DNA of 64,000 nucleotides from positions 32,001 to 96,000 of IMG/VR virus record IMGVR_UViG_3300005690_000024. One strand, written 5' to 3'. The stretch's first letter is position 1, and every line of letters begins with the position of its first letter. Below the pieces are notes generated by a model that saw nothing but the letters and a program-made list of their open reading frames with translations, made no database searches and was not told the origin of the DNA. The DNA is from a virus. Shown here piece by piece: positions 49,750 through 59,375 of the stretch. A program made the translations under genes and the position numbers.

Positions 49750-50847
49750 ATGAAGTTGACTTTCGATCGGTATAAATTCGCGGCGGCATTCGGTGCGGCT
49801 GCTGGGGCGGTTCCATCGAGAACGCCAAAAGATGTGCTGCGTAACGTGCACATGTTGTGCAGCGGTGGTGTGGCGAGACTTACGGGAACGGACATGGACG
49901 TGTCGGTTGCTGTGACGTGTCCCGTGGAAGAATCTGTTGATTGTGAAGTGTTGCTTCCGACTCAGAAGATGTCGCAGATCTTGCGTGAGACGAAGGACGA
50001 CAAGATTGTCCTGGATGTCGGCAATGGGAAGATCGTCGTGAAGATGTCGGCAGGCACGTTCCGTATGCCGATCGAAGAGGCGACAGACTACCCGCCAGTG
50101 AAGCCGTTTGATTCAACGGGGTATTACTCGGTTGATGCACGAGCGTTCCACACTGCGGTGAAGCGTACGACGTTTGCGACTGACGAGAATTCAACAACCT
50201 ACGCGATGGGTGGCGTGAATATCGAAGCGAATGAAGACGGTTACTTCATCGCCACAGACACACGGCGGCTTGCGGTTGCCAATGTTGTGTTCGAGCGACA
50301 TGGTACGATCGAAGAGGTGAAAGGACCGAACGTCACATCATCGAAGGCGTTGGTGTTGATGGACCGAATTGCGTCGGCTGGCGATCTTGAACAGAAGATC
50401 GAGATCTGCATCCAGGATAATACGATCCTGATGAAGCATGGGACGGCGGTTGTGACGTGCCGCAAGATTGAGGGTCGGTTCCCTCGGTGGCGTGACGTGA
50501 TTCCTCGCGGTGCGTCGAAGACGGTTTCGTTGCCGTGTGCTCCATTCGGGGCGTTGCTGCGACAGAGCATGATCGTGACCGCTGAAGAGAGTCGTGGCGT
50601 TCAGTTCCGATTCAATGCAGGGATGCTGTCGCTCAGAAGTACAGGGACTGGTGAGAGCGATCTTGAGATGCCGATCAGTTGGGAACACGATGAAGTGTTG
50701 ATCACGTTCGATCCGGCCTATCTGGTGGATCTTGTGAAGGTGCTGCCGTCAGAGGGGATTCTTGAATGTGCTCTGGTCGATGGCAATTCATCAGCGTTGT
50801 TTACTGCCGAGAACTACCGTTACGTTCTCATGCCGATCTCCCAATAG
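49750..50847 (+). CDS. dnaN: DNA polymerase III beta sliding clamp homologue
   Basis: 365 aa: LTGTDMDV..., ATDTRRLAV, RKIEGRFPRWRDVIP, ITFDPAYLVDLV, YRYVLMPI. Confidence 0.93.
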   Translation: MKLTFDRYKFAAAFGAAAGAVPSRTPKDVLRNVHMLCSGGVARLTGTDMDVSVAVTCPVEESVDCEVLLPTQKMSQILRETKDDKIVLDVGNGKIVVKMSAGTFRMPIEEATDYPPVKPFDSTGYYSVDARAFHTAVKRTTFATDENSTTYAMGGVNIEANEDGYFIATDTRRLAVANVVFERHGTIEEVKGPNVTSSKALVLMDRIASAGDLEQKIEICIQDNTILMKHGTAVVTCRKIEGRFPRWRDVIPRGASKTVSLPCAPFGALLRQSMIVTAEESRGVQFRFNAGMLSLRSTGTGESDLEMPISWEHDEVLITFDPAYLVDLVKVLPSEGILECALVDGNSSALFTAENYRYVLMPISQ

Positions 50848-50862
50848 CGTATAGGCACTAAT

Positions 50863-51489
50863 ATGAATATTGAACAGGATGATGAGAACCGTCCAAAGTG
50901 GTTGATCGGGATGGTTTCTGAACTGGCGGGCGATTCTGAGAAGATCGCTGAGTATGTGAATGACTGCTGCCTGTCGTTCAACGAGATGCGGTGTGTGCTT
51001 GCGTCGATCAATGCGATGCAGGTGATGTACTCGACCAGTTTGGATGAAGATGAGCTGTCTGAGGAAGAGGCTCAGGAAGCGTTGTTTCAGGTTGGAATGA
51101 TGGCAGAGTGCATCAGAAAGATCGAGATGGCGACTGGGATGGGCATGGGTCCAGATGATGAGGATGAGTCGTCGTTCAAGCCGTGGGAAATGAATTAGTT
51201 TTTGGGGGAGAGAATTGTGAGTGAAGGCGCGTACAAGAAAGTGACGTCGTATCACTTCGATGTTTGCGATGAGGTGATTGCGATCACTGAGGTTGGTCAG
51301 AACTTCGTCGTCGTCGAAGAGGCAAGGAAAAACGGCCAGGAGGATACCCACATGGTTGGTGTTCTTGTTCAGTTGTTAGATGGTTCTTTCCTGTGGGATG
51401 AAGGAGAGCGGTCGTTCGTTGTGAATCATTCACGGGCGCTCGCAGATGGTATTCGGAAGTATCTGGATAAGCATGGGATTCCTCGATAG
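50863..51489 (+). CDS. Two hypothetical ORFs (50863-51198 and about 51202-51489)
   Basis: The first starts 13 nt after the start of a TATAGG with no SD. Confidence 0.55.
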
Positions 51490-51538
51490 GAGTTCTGGCG
51501 GGATCATTTGTTGAGTCACATGTTCGTTTGGAGAAAAT

Positions 51539-52441
51539 ATGAGCACTTTGAAAGGAGCAACCACTTCGAGCCAGGTCAGCCTGCCTCTGAAGTGGTTCAT
51601 GCCAAGCCCGCAAGCAGATAAATGTTTGCGGGCACAAACAATCGGCGGAAAAGGTGCCTTCAACGGCAAGTTGGCGAAGTGGATCATCGGATTGATGCCA
51701 CCACATGAGCAGTATGTTGAACCATTCTTCGGAGGTGGTTCCGTTCTGCTGCACAAGAACCCAGAGGGTGTGTCTGAAGTTGCGAATGATCTCAACAGTG
51801 AACTGATCAACTTCTGGGCTGTGCTGCGAACTCCAGAATGGTTTGCTGAATTTCAGCGATGCATTGAAGCAACACCATTTTCTGAGGCAATGTTTCAGTG
51901 TGCCGCAAATCCAAGGCTTGCCGAGTTGTTCAGCGGTGCGGTTGATCGGGCAGTTCAGTTCTTTATCTTGTGCCGTCAGTCGCGGCAAGGGTTGCAGAAA
52001 GACTTTGCCACACTGAGTAAGAACAGAACTCGTGGCGGCATGAATGAGCAGGTGTCATCGTGGTTGACGGCTGTGGAGGGTCTTCCAGATGTGCACGCAA
52101 GACTGAAGCGAGTTGTTGTGTTGAATCGGCCAGCGTCCGAAGTGATTCGGCAGATGGACACGCCAGCAACTGTCTTCTATCTCGACCCGCCGTATCTGCA
52201 TGAGACTCGGTCAACGGTTGACGCCTACAAGCACGAAATGAGTGTCGAAGATCATCAGGCGTTGCTGGAGCAGTTGGCTGGGATTAAAGGGAAGTTTCTG
52301 TTGTCTGGCTATCGGTCTGGGATCTACGACGTGGCTGCAGAGTCGCAGGGTTGGAACCGTCATGATTATCAGATTGCAAACAATGCCAGTAGTGCAGCGG
52401 TCAAAGAGGTGAAGACCGAGTGCCTGTGGACAAACTTCTGA
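51539..52441 (+). CDS. dam: DNA adenine methyltransferase (Dam/D12 class)
   Basis: YVEPFFGGGSV, ANDLN, FYLDPPY, KFLLSGY, ECLWTNF. Confidence 0.92.
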   Translation: MSTLKGATTSSQVSLPLKWFMPSPQADKCLRAQTIGGKGAFNGKLAKWIIGLMPPHEQYVEPFFGGGSVLLHKNPEGVSEVANDLNSELINFWAVLRTPEWFAEFQRCIEATPFSEAMFQCAANPRLAELFSGAVDRAVQFFILCRQSRQGLQKDFATLSKNRTRGGMNEQVSSWLTAVEGLPDVHARLKRVVVLNRPASEVIRQMDTPATVFYLDPPYLHETRSTVDAYKHEMSVEDHQALLEQLAGIKGKFLLSGYRSGIYDVAAESQGWNRHDYQIANNASSAAVKEVKTECLWTNF

Positions 52442-52481
52442 TTTCCGCCATCAAAACCGAGCATGATTGCGTATAGGTACT

Positions 52482-52934
52482 ATGTCAACGAAAACGTTAC
52501 AGGTTCGCCCGATCGATCTTGAGTCGGACGATATGCGATGGGTGATCAGCATCGAGCGTCAGGGGGTAAAGAATCCACTGACGGAGAAGCAGTTGGTGAA
52601 GTTGATGCGTTCGAAGCATCACGACTGTGTTGTTGTGGTGAAGCAGTCGAAGGTTGTTGGTTACATGATCTTCGCATGGTCAAAGTTGTCGTATGTGATC
52701 GTGAGCCTTGTGACAGCTCGCAAGAGTCGTCGTGAGGGGGTAGCGAGTGCAGCGGTTCAGTATTTGATCGATAAGGCTGAGAAGGGCGGCAAGACGCTGA
52801 TAAAGGCTGAGGTGTGGGAACGTCGTTTGTCGCTCCAGTTGTTTCTTCAACGGTACGGGTTCACTGTTGAGGATACGCAGGCTGGTGCGTATCAGAAAGA
52901 AGATGTCTACATGTTTGTTCGGAAAGTCGAGTGA
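52482..52934 (+). CDS. GNAT acetyltransferase (RimI-like)
   Basis: VISIERQG...VVGYMIF...LVTARKSRREGVASA (acetyl-CoA motif A)...FLQRYGF. Confidence 0.75.
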   Translation: MSTKTLQVRPIDLESDDMRWVISIERQGVKNPLTEKQLVKLMRSKHHDCVVVVKQSKVVGYMIFAWSKLSYVIVSLVTARKSRREGVASAAVQYLIDKAEKGGKTLIKAEVWERRLSLQLFLQRYGFTVEDTQAGAYQKEDVYMFVRKVE

Positions 52935-53904
52935 TGGAAACGTTAGATACGATTCACTGCTGGCTGGAACAAACAGGGTGGCAGAATCAGTATGGTTCGA
53001 AGACGCATGATCTGTGGTGGCGCAGGATGTGCGTGAAGCCGGAGTGCTTTGCCAATCAGGGCAAGGGCGGCGTTGTTGTTCAGTTGAAAGAGTACGTGCA
53101 TGGTGAGCATGTGTCATACACAGTTGAAGTTGCCGCAGAGGCTGACGACGGTGTGTGGATAGACTTCTCGTGCTACGGGATCGGGTTGAGTGAACTTCGT
53201 GGGTGCCTTGAACGTCAGATCGATAAGTTGGCGAGGGCGTGGGTTGCGTGCCAAACAGGACAGGGAGGCAGAGATGGTTGTTCCAGAGATTAGAGTGACG
53301 CCCGCTGGTCGAGCATTGCTGGCTGCTGTGGTTGAGGGTGATGGCGACACGTTGTTGCGGATCGCTCGGTTCTCCGATGAGTTGGCTGAGAAGGTCAAAG
53401 ATCGGATGCGTGTGAAGGCGGATCTGGATCGGAGCATCTTCGAGGAATCGGCGGGGGAAGTTGACTATGACTGAGTTTGTTATGCCCGATGGTGTTTACG
53501 CGACGACAGGCGTTCCAGTGATGGGTTCGAGTGTTGCTGAGACGGATCTGTCAAAGCGGTTGAAAGAACTGTCTGTGCTGATGATGAATAGGTCTGCATT
53601 CGACATGCAGGCACTGATGATTCCAGATAAACTGTTCAGTCAGTTTGAAGAGTCAAACTATGCATCTTCGAGATCACTGGGTGATTTGATGTACAGACAT
53701 CACGACTACGCCTATGGAATGCCAGTTTACAGGATTCCGAATCGATTCCTGTACAGCGATGCTCATTTTGAGATTGTCAACCCACCAGCGCCAGCGGTTG
53801 TGTGGCCAGAGATTCAGGAGCAGACGGTTGTTCCAGAGTGGCAGTATGGGGTTCTGTTCATAGTCGGTGCGATTATCCTCGGGCTTTTACTCAGCGCGGT
53901 GTAA
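52931..53904 (+). CDS. Three hypothetical ORFs (52931-53293, about 53274-53474, 53461-53904 with a C-terminal TM)
   Basis: Overlapping ORFs. Confidence 0.5.
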
Positions 53905-53906
53905 CC

Positions 53907-55655
53907 TTGGAACTTGCGTATAGGGACTATCAAAAGCAAGCGGTCGACAACGGTCATAGTGAGTGGGATCGTGGGGTCCGCAGCACGATGATCGTCATGC
54001 CAACAGGATCGGGCAAGACGCCTAGTTCTGCTGGCATGTTCGACCGTGTCCCAGAGGGATCGAAGTGTCTGTGGCTTGTTCACAGAGACACACTTGTGCA
54101 TCAGTCGGTGAAGCAGTTCAAGAAGTGGACGACAAAGACGTTCGCCGTTGAGCACAAGAAGGAAGGGATCAAGCGTACTCATGCTGGTGATGCTGACATT
54201 ATTGTGGCGAGCGTACATTCGCTGGAGAACCGGCTGAAGTTGTACGGTCCAGACTTTTTCGATTACATCGGGATCGACGAGTGCCATCGGTTTGCAGGGA
54301 ATACCTGGCAGGAGACGGTCGACTACTTCAATGCGAAGCATCGGTTTGGGGTGACGGCGACTCCGATGCGGCATGATGGTTTCAGTCTCATGAATGTTTA
54401 TGAGACTCGTGCGTTCGAGATGGATATCGCAACAGGCATAGATCTTGGGTGGCTTGTTCCCTTCGAGTGGAAGATGAGCCGCCTGAAGTCGGTTGACTTT
54501 GATACGTTCGGTAGAACGGCAAAGAACGAGTTCTCGACAAAAAATGCGTCTGCGGCGATGCGTCAAGACCCAGTCGTGCGTCAGATTGTGAGTGAGACGG
54601 CGCGTGTTGCGGACGGTCGACAAGGGATCGTATTCTGTCTGGATGTGAATCAGGTGAAGGCAGTGCATCGTGGGTTTCTGGATGCTGGCCTGTCATCCAT
54701 GATGATCACAGGCGAGACAACGGATTTCATGCGAGAGATCCGAGACAATGACTTCAAGTCGGGCAAGGTTCAGTTCGCTGTCGGGTGTGAAGTGTTCGTT
54801 GAGGGGTATGACCACCCAGGGATTGGTGTGGTTGCGATGGCGAGACCGACATTGAGTTGGAGTCGCTACGTACAGTGCGCAGGACGTGGTGCAAGGCCAA
54901 TTGAGGCACCAGACAGGTTTACTACGCCAGCCGAGAGGAAGGCGTTTATACGAGGCGGTGAGAAGCCGTGCGTGACGTTGATCGACTTCGTGGGGAATAG
55001 TAAGCGTCACGACTTCCGTTTGGGGATGGACGTTCTGAGTGGTCAGTATTCCAGTGATGAGCGTGAAGAGGTTGTTAGGCTGATCGGTGAATCAAAGGGC
55101 GGCTTTGATATCAACGAGATCACTCAGAAGGCGAAGGAGAATGTCGCCAAGCGTCCAAAGAGTGTGGCAGTCAGCGAGTTCGACTATGCAGACCTTGCAG
55201 CGGAGAAGGCGTTTACGTGGCGAGTGAAAAATCGTCCCGATCATCCGATGGACGTACTTGGCTTGGATCGCAAGGCACCGCAGCGGGAAGTTGATAAAGA
55301 GCACACTTATGGGGATCGGGCTCAGCGGGCACGGTTGTTCCTGGAAGAGTGCAAGTTGACGGAACGTGAGATCCAGATGTTGGATCAGTATGAAGTGATT
55401 TACGTGGGTCGAGTGTTGTTCAATCGGGATAAGCGAGGGTTGGCAAATTACCCGCAGTGTCGGCTGCTGGAGAATCTTGGCTATGACGTGACGAACATGT
55501 CTTGGAAGCGAGCTGGTGCGTTGATATCAGCGGCAAAGAAGGATGGGTTGTGGATCAGGCCGCGCGCGGATGGTCCGAATCAGAAGTTTTTGGCAAGCAG
55601 GAATAAGGGAGCAGTGGCAGATGTCGGAGCGAGTGATACCAAGGTTAGCGAATGA
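53907..55655 (+). CDS. Superfamily 2 DExH helicase
   Basis: MPTGSGKT, IDECH, VTATP, EGYD, YVQCAGRGAR. Confidence 0.93.
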   Translation: MELAYRDYQKQAVDNGHSEWDRGVRSTMIVMPTGSGKTPSSAGMFDRVPEGSKCLWLVHRDTLVHQSVKQFKKWTTKTFAVEHKKEGIKRTHAGDADIIVASVHSLENRLKLYGPDFFDYIGIDECHRFAGNTWQETVDYFNAKHRFGVTATPMRHDGFSLMNVYETRAFEMDIATGIDLGWLVPFEWKMSRLKSVDFDTFGRTAKNEFSTKNASAAMRQDPVVRQIVSETARVADGRQGIVFCLDVNQVKAVHRGFLDAGLSSMMITGETTDFMREIRDNDFKSGKVQFAVGCEVFVEGYDHPGIGVVAMARPTLSWSRYVQCAGRGARPIEAPDRFTTPAERKAFIRGGEKPCVTLIDFVGNSKRHDFRLGMDVLSGQYSSDEREEVVRLIGESKGGFDINEITQKAKENVAKRPKSVAVSEFDYADLAAEKAFTWRVKNRPDHPMDVLGLDRKAPQREVDKEHTYGDRAQRARLFLEECKLTEREIQMLDQYEVIYVGRVLFNRDKRGLANYPQCRLLENLGYDVTNMSWKRAGALISAAKKDGLWIRPRADGPNQKFLASRNKGAVADVGASDTKVSE

Positions 55656-55830
55656 CATACAGAGATGCGACGGAATGTTGACGATGTTGCCGGGAGAGCA
55701 TCCAGTGATCTGTCCCAATCGGCACGATTGTTTGAGGCACATGACAGAAGTGTCAAAAACGGAGCGTCAGACATTCGTAATTGCAGAGGCTGATTCCGAG
55801 GGTAAGTGCCCGCACTTGTGGAGGTTCTAA

Positions 55831-56628
55831 GTGGGCAATCTCACGTACGGATCGCTGTTCGCGGGAATCGGCGGAATAGATAAAGGGATGGACAATGCTG
55901 GGTTCCAGTGTAAGTGGCAATGCGAGATCGATGAGTTCGCGTCATCCGTACTCTCAAAGCATTGGCCGAACGTGGACAGATACAAAGACGTTAGGCAGTT
56001 TCCACCGCGATGCGAGTCACCGTGGCTGCTGCACCGTTGGAAAGAGCAGTTCGGAGTCGACGTCGTCTGTGCGGGGTTTCCTTGCACGGACGTCTCCTAT
56101 GCAGGGAAGGGAGCAGGACTTGACGGGAAGCAGTCCGGACTCTTCTTTGAAGTCATTCGCGTGGCTTCAATGCTCAGGCCGAGGGCAATACTTCTTGAGA
56201 ACGTTTCAGCGCTGCTTACTCGGGGGCTGGATCGAGTATGCGTTGCCTTGGCCCAAATCGGGTATATGTGTGAATGGGAGAGTGTACAAGCGAGCGAGGC
56301 GAAGGCACCACACAGAAGAGACCGGGTGTTCATTGTTGCCTACCCCGAATGCGAGGGACTACAGAGACTTAGCGAGAACGACCGCATTTCTAAGCCAAAG
56401 AAAACGGCATTCCCCGTCCGTCGCAACAGTAGCCTTGAGTCTTGGCTTCAAATGGTGGCAAATAAGTGCGATATACGAAGCGGCGATGGGATTCCCCTTG
56501 TTTTGGAGCGACACAGGATCAAGGCACTTGGAAACGCCGTAGTTCCGCAAGTGGCAGAAGTCGTTGCGGAATATTTGATGAAGAAGTTGGCAGAAAGATC
56601 AATCAGCAATCACGAACCTTGCGTATAG
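55831..56628 (+). CDS. DNA cytosine-C5 methyltransferase
   Basis: Motif I SLFAGIGG, IV AGFPCTD, VI LENV, VIII HRRDRVF, X LGNAV. No canonical motif IX in this frame. Confidence 0.92.
   Translation: MGNLTYGSLFAGIGGIDKGMDNAGFQCKWQCEIDEFASSVLSKHWPNVDRYKDVRQFPPRCESPWLLHRWKEQFGVDVVCAGFPCTDVSYAGKGAGLDGKQSGLFFEVIRVASMLRPRAILLENVSALLTRGLDRVCVALAQIGYMCEWESVQASEAKAPHRRDRVFIVAYPECEGLQRLSENDRISKPKKTAFPVRRNSSLESWLQMVANKCDIRSGDGIPLVLERHRIKALGNAVVPQVAEVVAEYLMKKLAERSISNHEPCV
55895..56542 (+). CDS. Nested +1-frame ORF, candidate beta subunit of the C5-MTase
   Basis: 215 open codons with LLPTPNARDYRD and IYEAAMGFPLFWSD (motif IX-like). Longest same-strand nested ORF in the track. Confidence 0.5.
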   Translation: MLGSSVSGNARSMSSRHPYSQSIGRTWTDTKTLGSFHRDASHRGCCTVGKSSSESTSSVRGFLARTSPMQGREQDLTGSSPDSSLKSFAWLQCSGRGQYFLRTFQRCLLGGWIEYALPWPKSGICVNGRVYKRARRRHHTEETGCSLLPTPNARDYRDLARTTAFLSQRKRHSPSVATVALSLGFKWWQISAIYEAAMGFPLFWSDTGSRHLETP

Positions 56629-56664
56629 GTACTGTTGGTTGCATGTTCAAACAGGAGAGTAGCA

Positions 56665-57753
56665 GTGTCAGTTGTAGAGGTCAGTGCAGATAAACTGGAA
56701 AAGATTGGCGGGTACGAGGTTCACCCGTTCGCGTCCAAGTTCCCATCGCTGGACAAGGCTGAGTCTGAGGACTTGGTGAATTCGATTAAGGAGAATGGAC
56801 TTCGTAATCCAATCGTGATGGACAAAATCGGGCAGGTCGTCGACGGTCGCAATCGTCTGCGGGCGTGCCTGAAGGCGGGGGTTGAACCTGAGTTCACTCA
56901 GTTGGACGACAGCGTTGATGTTGTCCAGTTTATCCTCGATCTGAATATTCATCGCCGGCATCTGACAACATCCCAGCGGGCGAGCCTTGCAGTCGAGATC
57001 CTGGAACTCGGCAAGGGTTCAACGATCAAGGCTGAGGCGGAGCGGATGAAGGTGTCTGCTTCCACGATAAAGACAGCCAAGCGAGTTAAGGACAACGCGG
57101 TCCCAGAGATCAATACGGCGGTTCGTGAAGGTCGCATGGACGTGAAGACTGCGGAGACTCTTTCGACAGAGTCACCAGAGGTGCAGCGCGAGGCAGCGGC
57201 ATCACCGGATCGCAATTCGTCACGCAAGGCAGCTCGCAAGGCTTCGGATGCGTCGTTCGACAAGAAGAAGTGGGCGAACTCGGCACAGAAGCAGATCAGT
57301 ACGATTATTGCAAAAGCTCCTGGTGATCTTCGTGACTGGGCAGTCCGCGAGATTCGGGATCAGGTTGGTGGAACGGCACGCAAGGAAGTCGCTCCAGAGG
57401 GGTTGGCAGACGACGGGGCTGACGTGAGCCTGTTTGATGCTCAGGAGTTCGTGGATCGGATCGAGCGAAGCCTGAAGGATGTGCCGACGCTGGATCGGAA
57501 TCGGCTGCGTAAGGAGATCGGTCGAATCTTGGTTGGCGATAAGGCGAAGGATTACCTGCCAGATCCAGAGGGAGCGGAAGACGACGGCAACCTGATGAGT
57601 CTGATCATTGCGGAAGTGGGCGTTCGTGCGAAGCAGTCGGACGACTTCGCTTCTCCGGATCAGGCGAAGTACATCAAAGGTGCGTTGCGTGGTCTGAAGA
57701 AGTTGGTGTCTGACGACGGCGAGAAAGAGTCATCGGACTCGCCAGGGTTCTGA
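56665..57753 (+). CDS. ParB/Srx-like N-terminal domain protein with an HTH
   Basis: VHPFASKFP...LVNSIKENGLRNPIV...VVDGRNRLRAC...LNIHRRHLTTSQRA. AGGAGA RBS. Confidence 0.8.
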   Translation: MSVVEVSADKLEKIGGYEVHPFASKFPSLDKAESEDLVNSIKENGLRNPIVMDKIGQVVDGRNRLRACLKAGVEPEFTQLDDSVDVVQFILDLNIHRRHLTTSQRASLAVEILELGKGSTIKAEAERMKVSASTIKTAKRVKDNAVPEINTAVREGRMDVKTAETLSTESPEVQREAAASPDRNSSRKAARKASDASFDKKKWANSAQKQISTIIAKAPGDLRDWAVREIRDQVGGTARKEVAPEGLADDGADVSLFDAQEFVDRIERSLKDVPTLDRNRLRKEIGRILVGDKAKDYLPDPEGAEDDGNLMSLIIAEVGVRAKQSDDFASPDQAKYIKGALRGLKKLVSDDGEKESSDSPGF

Positions 57754-57829
57754 TATTCATCAGCGGTTGGGAGCGGCCAAATTCGGGACCATCCCGACTC
57801 CCATCCGCTATTTTTACGATCGGGCTGCT

Positions 57830-58219
57830 ATGTCGTCTTATGATCGTTCAGATGAGCCGTTGGGGAAATTGAAGGCACGCCAGAGGAACGTTGACATTGA
57901 GATCAACGATCTTATGGAGCAGATCAAAAAGAAGACGGATGAGTTGAAGGCTGCAAAGGAACGGTCTGCTTATTTGGAGCGGACGATCAAGAGCAGGCTG
58001 CATGAGGTGGCTGTGAGTGATCACGCGGTGATCAGGTATTTGGAACGCAAGGAAGGTTTCGATGCGAAGGCGTTCAGGGAAAGCATTCTGACGCCTTCGT
58101 TCCTGAAGCAAGTCAGGAAGTTGGGGAACGGAAAGTACCCGATCAGGGATGGCATGATTGCGGTGGTGAGGCAGGGCGTTGTGGTAACGATAATCGGGAC
58201 TGAAGATGAGCAGGAATGA
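57830..58219 (+). CDS. Hypothetical protein (coiled coil plus DHAVIRYLER motif)
   Basis: Motif shared with the ORF at 42257. Confidence 0.6.
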   Translation: MSSYDRSDEPLGKLKARQRNVDIEINDLMEQIKKKTDELKAAKERSAYLERTIKSRLHEVAVSDHAVIRYLERKEGFDAKAFRESILTPSFLKQVRKLGNGKYPIRDGMIAVVRQGVVVTIIGTEDEQE

Positions 58220-59345
58220 TCCAACACGTTTGTTCACAGATGTGAAGTATCTGCCGAACATTACGAACGAAGAGTACCACGGGGCGCACTACAGCGTGTT
58301 GTCGCGTTCAAGGCTGGCGACGTTCATTAAGAGTCCGTCGAAGTTTTATGGGCGGTACGTGACGAAGGAGATTCCTGACAGTGACACGGTTGCATTGAAC
58401 TACGGGCGTGTATTCCATGAAGTGACGCTGGAGTATCGCAATCAGATCGATGATACGAACTATCTGGAGAAGACGCTGGCAATCTTTCGGCCAGCAACAG
58501 CGCCGGGGCGTGATCCTGATATCGACAATGATCGGGAGCAGGTTTGGGTTGTGAACATCCCAGAGCCAGGCGTGTATCGTCGATCAAAGATATGGGGTGA
58601 TCTGAGCAATGATCGGTCGTGGCATTTCGTTCCAGCCCATAAAGGCATTGATGCCGTCTGCGGGTTCTGTGCGTTTGAAGACATGCATCCAGACGGTGTT
58701 TCGTTCTTCCATATTCCAGAACGAGTGATGCCGTCAGGTCGTAAAAGCGGGAAGCCGTGGGATTTCTTTGAGGAGAGCTGCAAGGGAGTTCCAGCGTTCA
58801 AGCCATTCGATACAGGTGGTGGTTGGTATCAGTTGTTGAGTATGCGTCGGGCGATGCGAAAGCATGAAGACGGGAGTCGGTGTCTTCTGGAGGGTGGTCA
58901 GCCAGAGCAGACGTTTGTGGCAACGTGTGCGATTACTGGTCTGAAGGTTCAGTTCAGGGCAGACTTGATCAAAGAAGAGGCGGACCACATTCTTGTGCCT
59001 GACTTGAAGTCGGCGAGAACGATCAAAGATTGGGAGCGAGACTGTGTGCGTCAGAATCTGCATGTTCAGGCGGCGATGCTCACGGGTGCGTTGACGCTGT
59101 ATTACGGGATGCCAGTCAAGTTCGTGTTCGTGGCACAGGATAAAGAGGCGCCGTTTGATGTGTCGACGTGGGAATGCCCTGAGATGCTGCTGGAGTTGGG
59201 GGCAGCGAAGTATGCTCGTGACGTACGTCAATTTAAGCGTGCGTTGGACACGGGTGTGTGGCGATCGAAGGGATACGGGGAACGGCAGATTATCCCGATT
59301 CCTGATTGGATGATGAATGACGATCTTTTGGAGTGGGCAGAGTAA
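58206..59345 (+). CDS. RecE/Exo VIII-like PD-(D/E)xK exonuclease
   Basis: EEYHG...LSRSRL...GRVFHEVTLE...FRADLI...PDLKS...HVQAAM. Adjacent to an ERF-like annealing protein. Confidence 0.8.
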   Translation: MSRNDPTRLFTDVKYLPNITNEEYHGAHYSVLSRSRLATFIKSPSKFYGRYVTKEIPDSDTVALNYGRVFHEVTLEYRNQIDDTNYLEKTLAIFRPATAPGRDPDIDNDREQVWVVNIPEPGVYRRSKIWGDLSNDRSWHFVPAHKGIDAVCGFCAFEDMHPDGVSFFHIPERVMPSGRKSGKPWDFFEESCKGVPAFKPFDTGGGWYQLLSMRRAMRKHEDGSRCLLEGGQPEQTFVATCAITGLKVQFRADLIKEEADHILVPDLKSARTIKDWERDCVRQNLHVQAAMLTGALTLYYGMPVKFVFVAQDKEAPFDVSTWECPEMLLELGAAKYARDVRQFKRALDTGVWRSKGYGERQIIPIPDWMMNDDLLEWAE

Positions 59346-59375
59346 CGGGCGTTTCGCATAGGCACTGGAGGTAGT

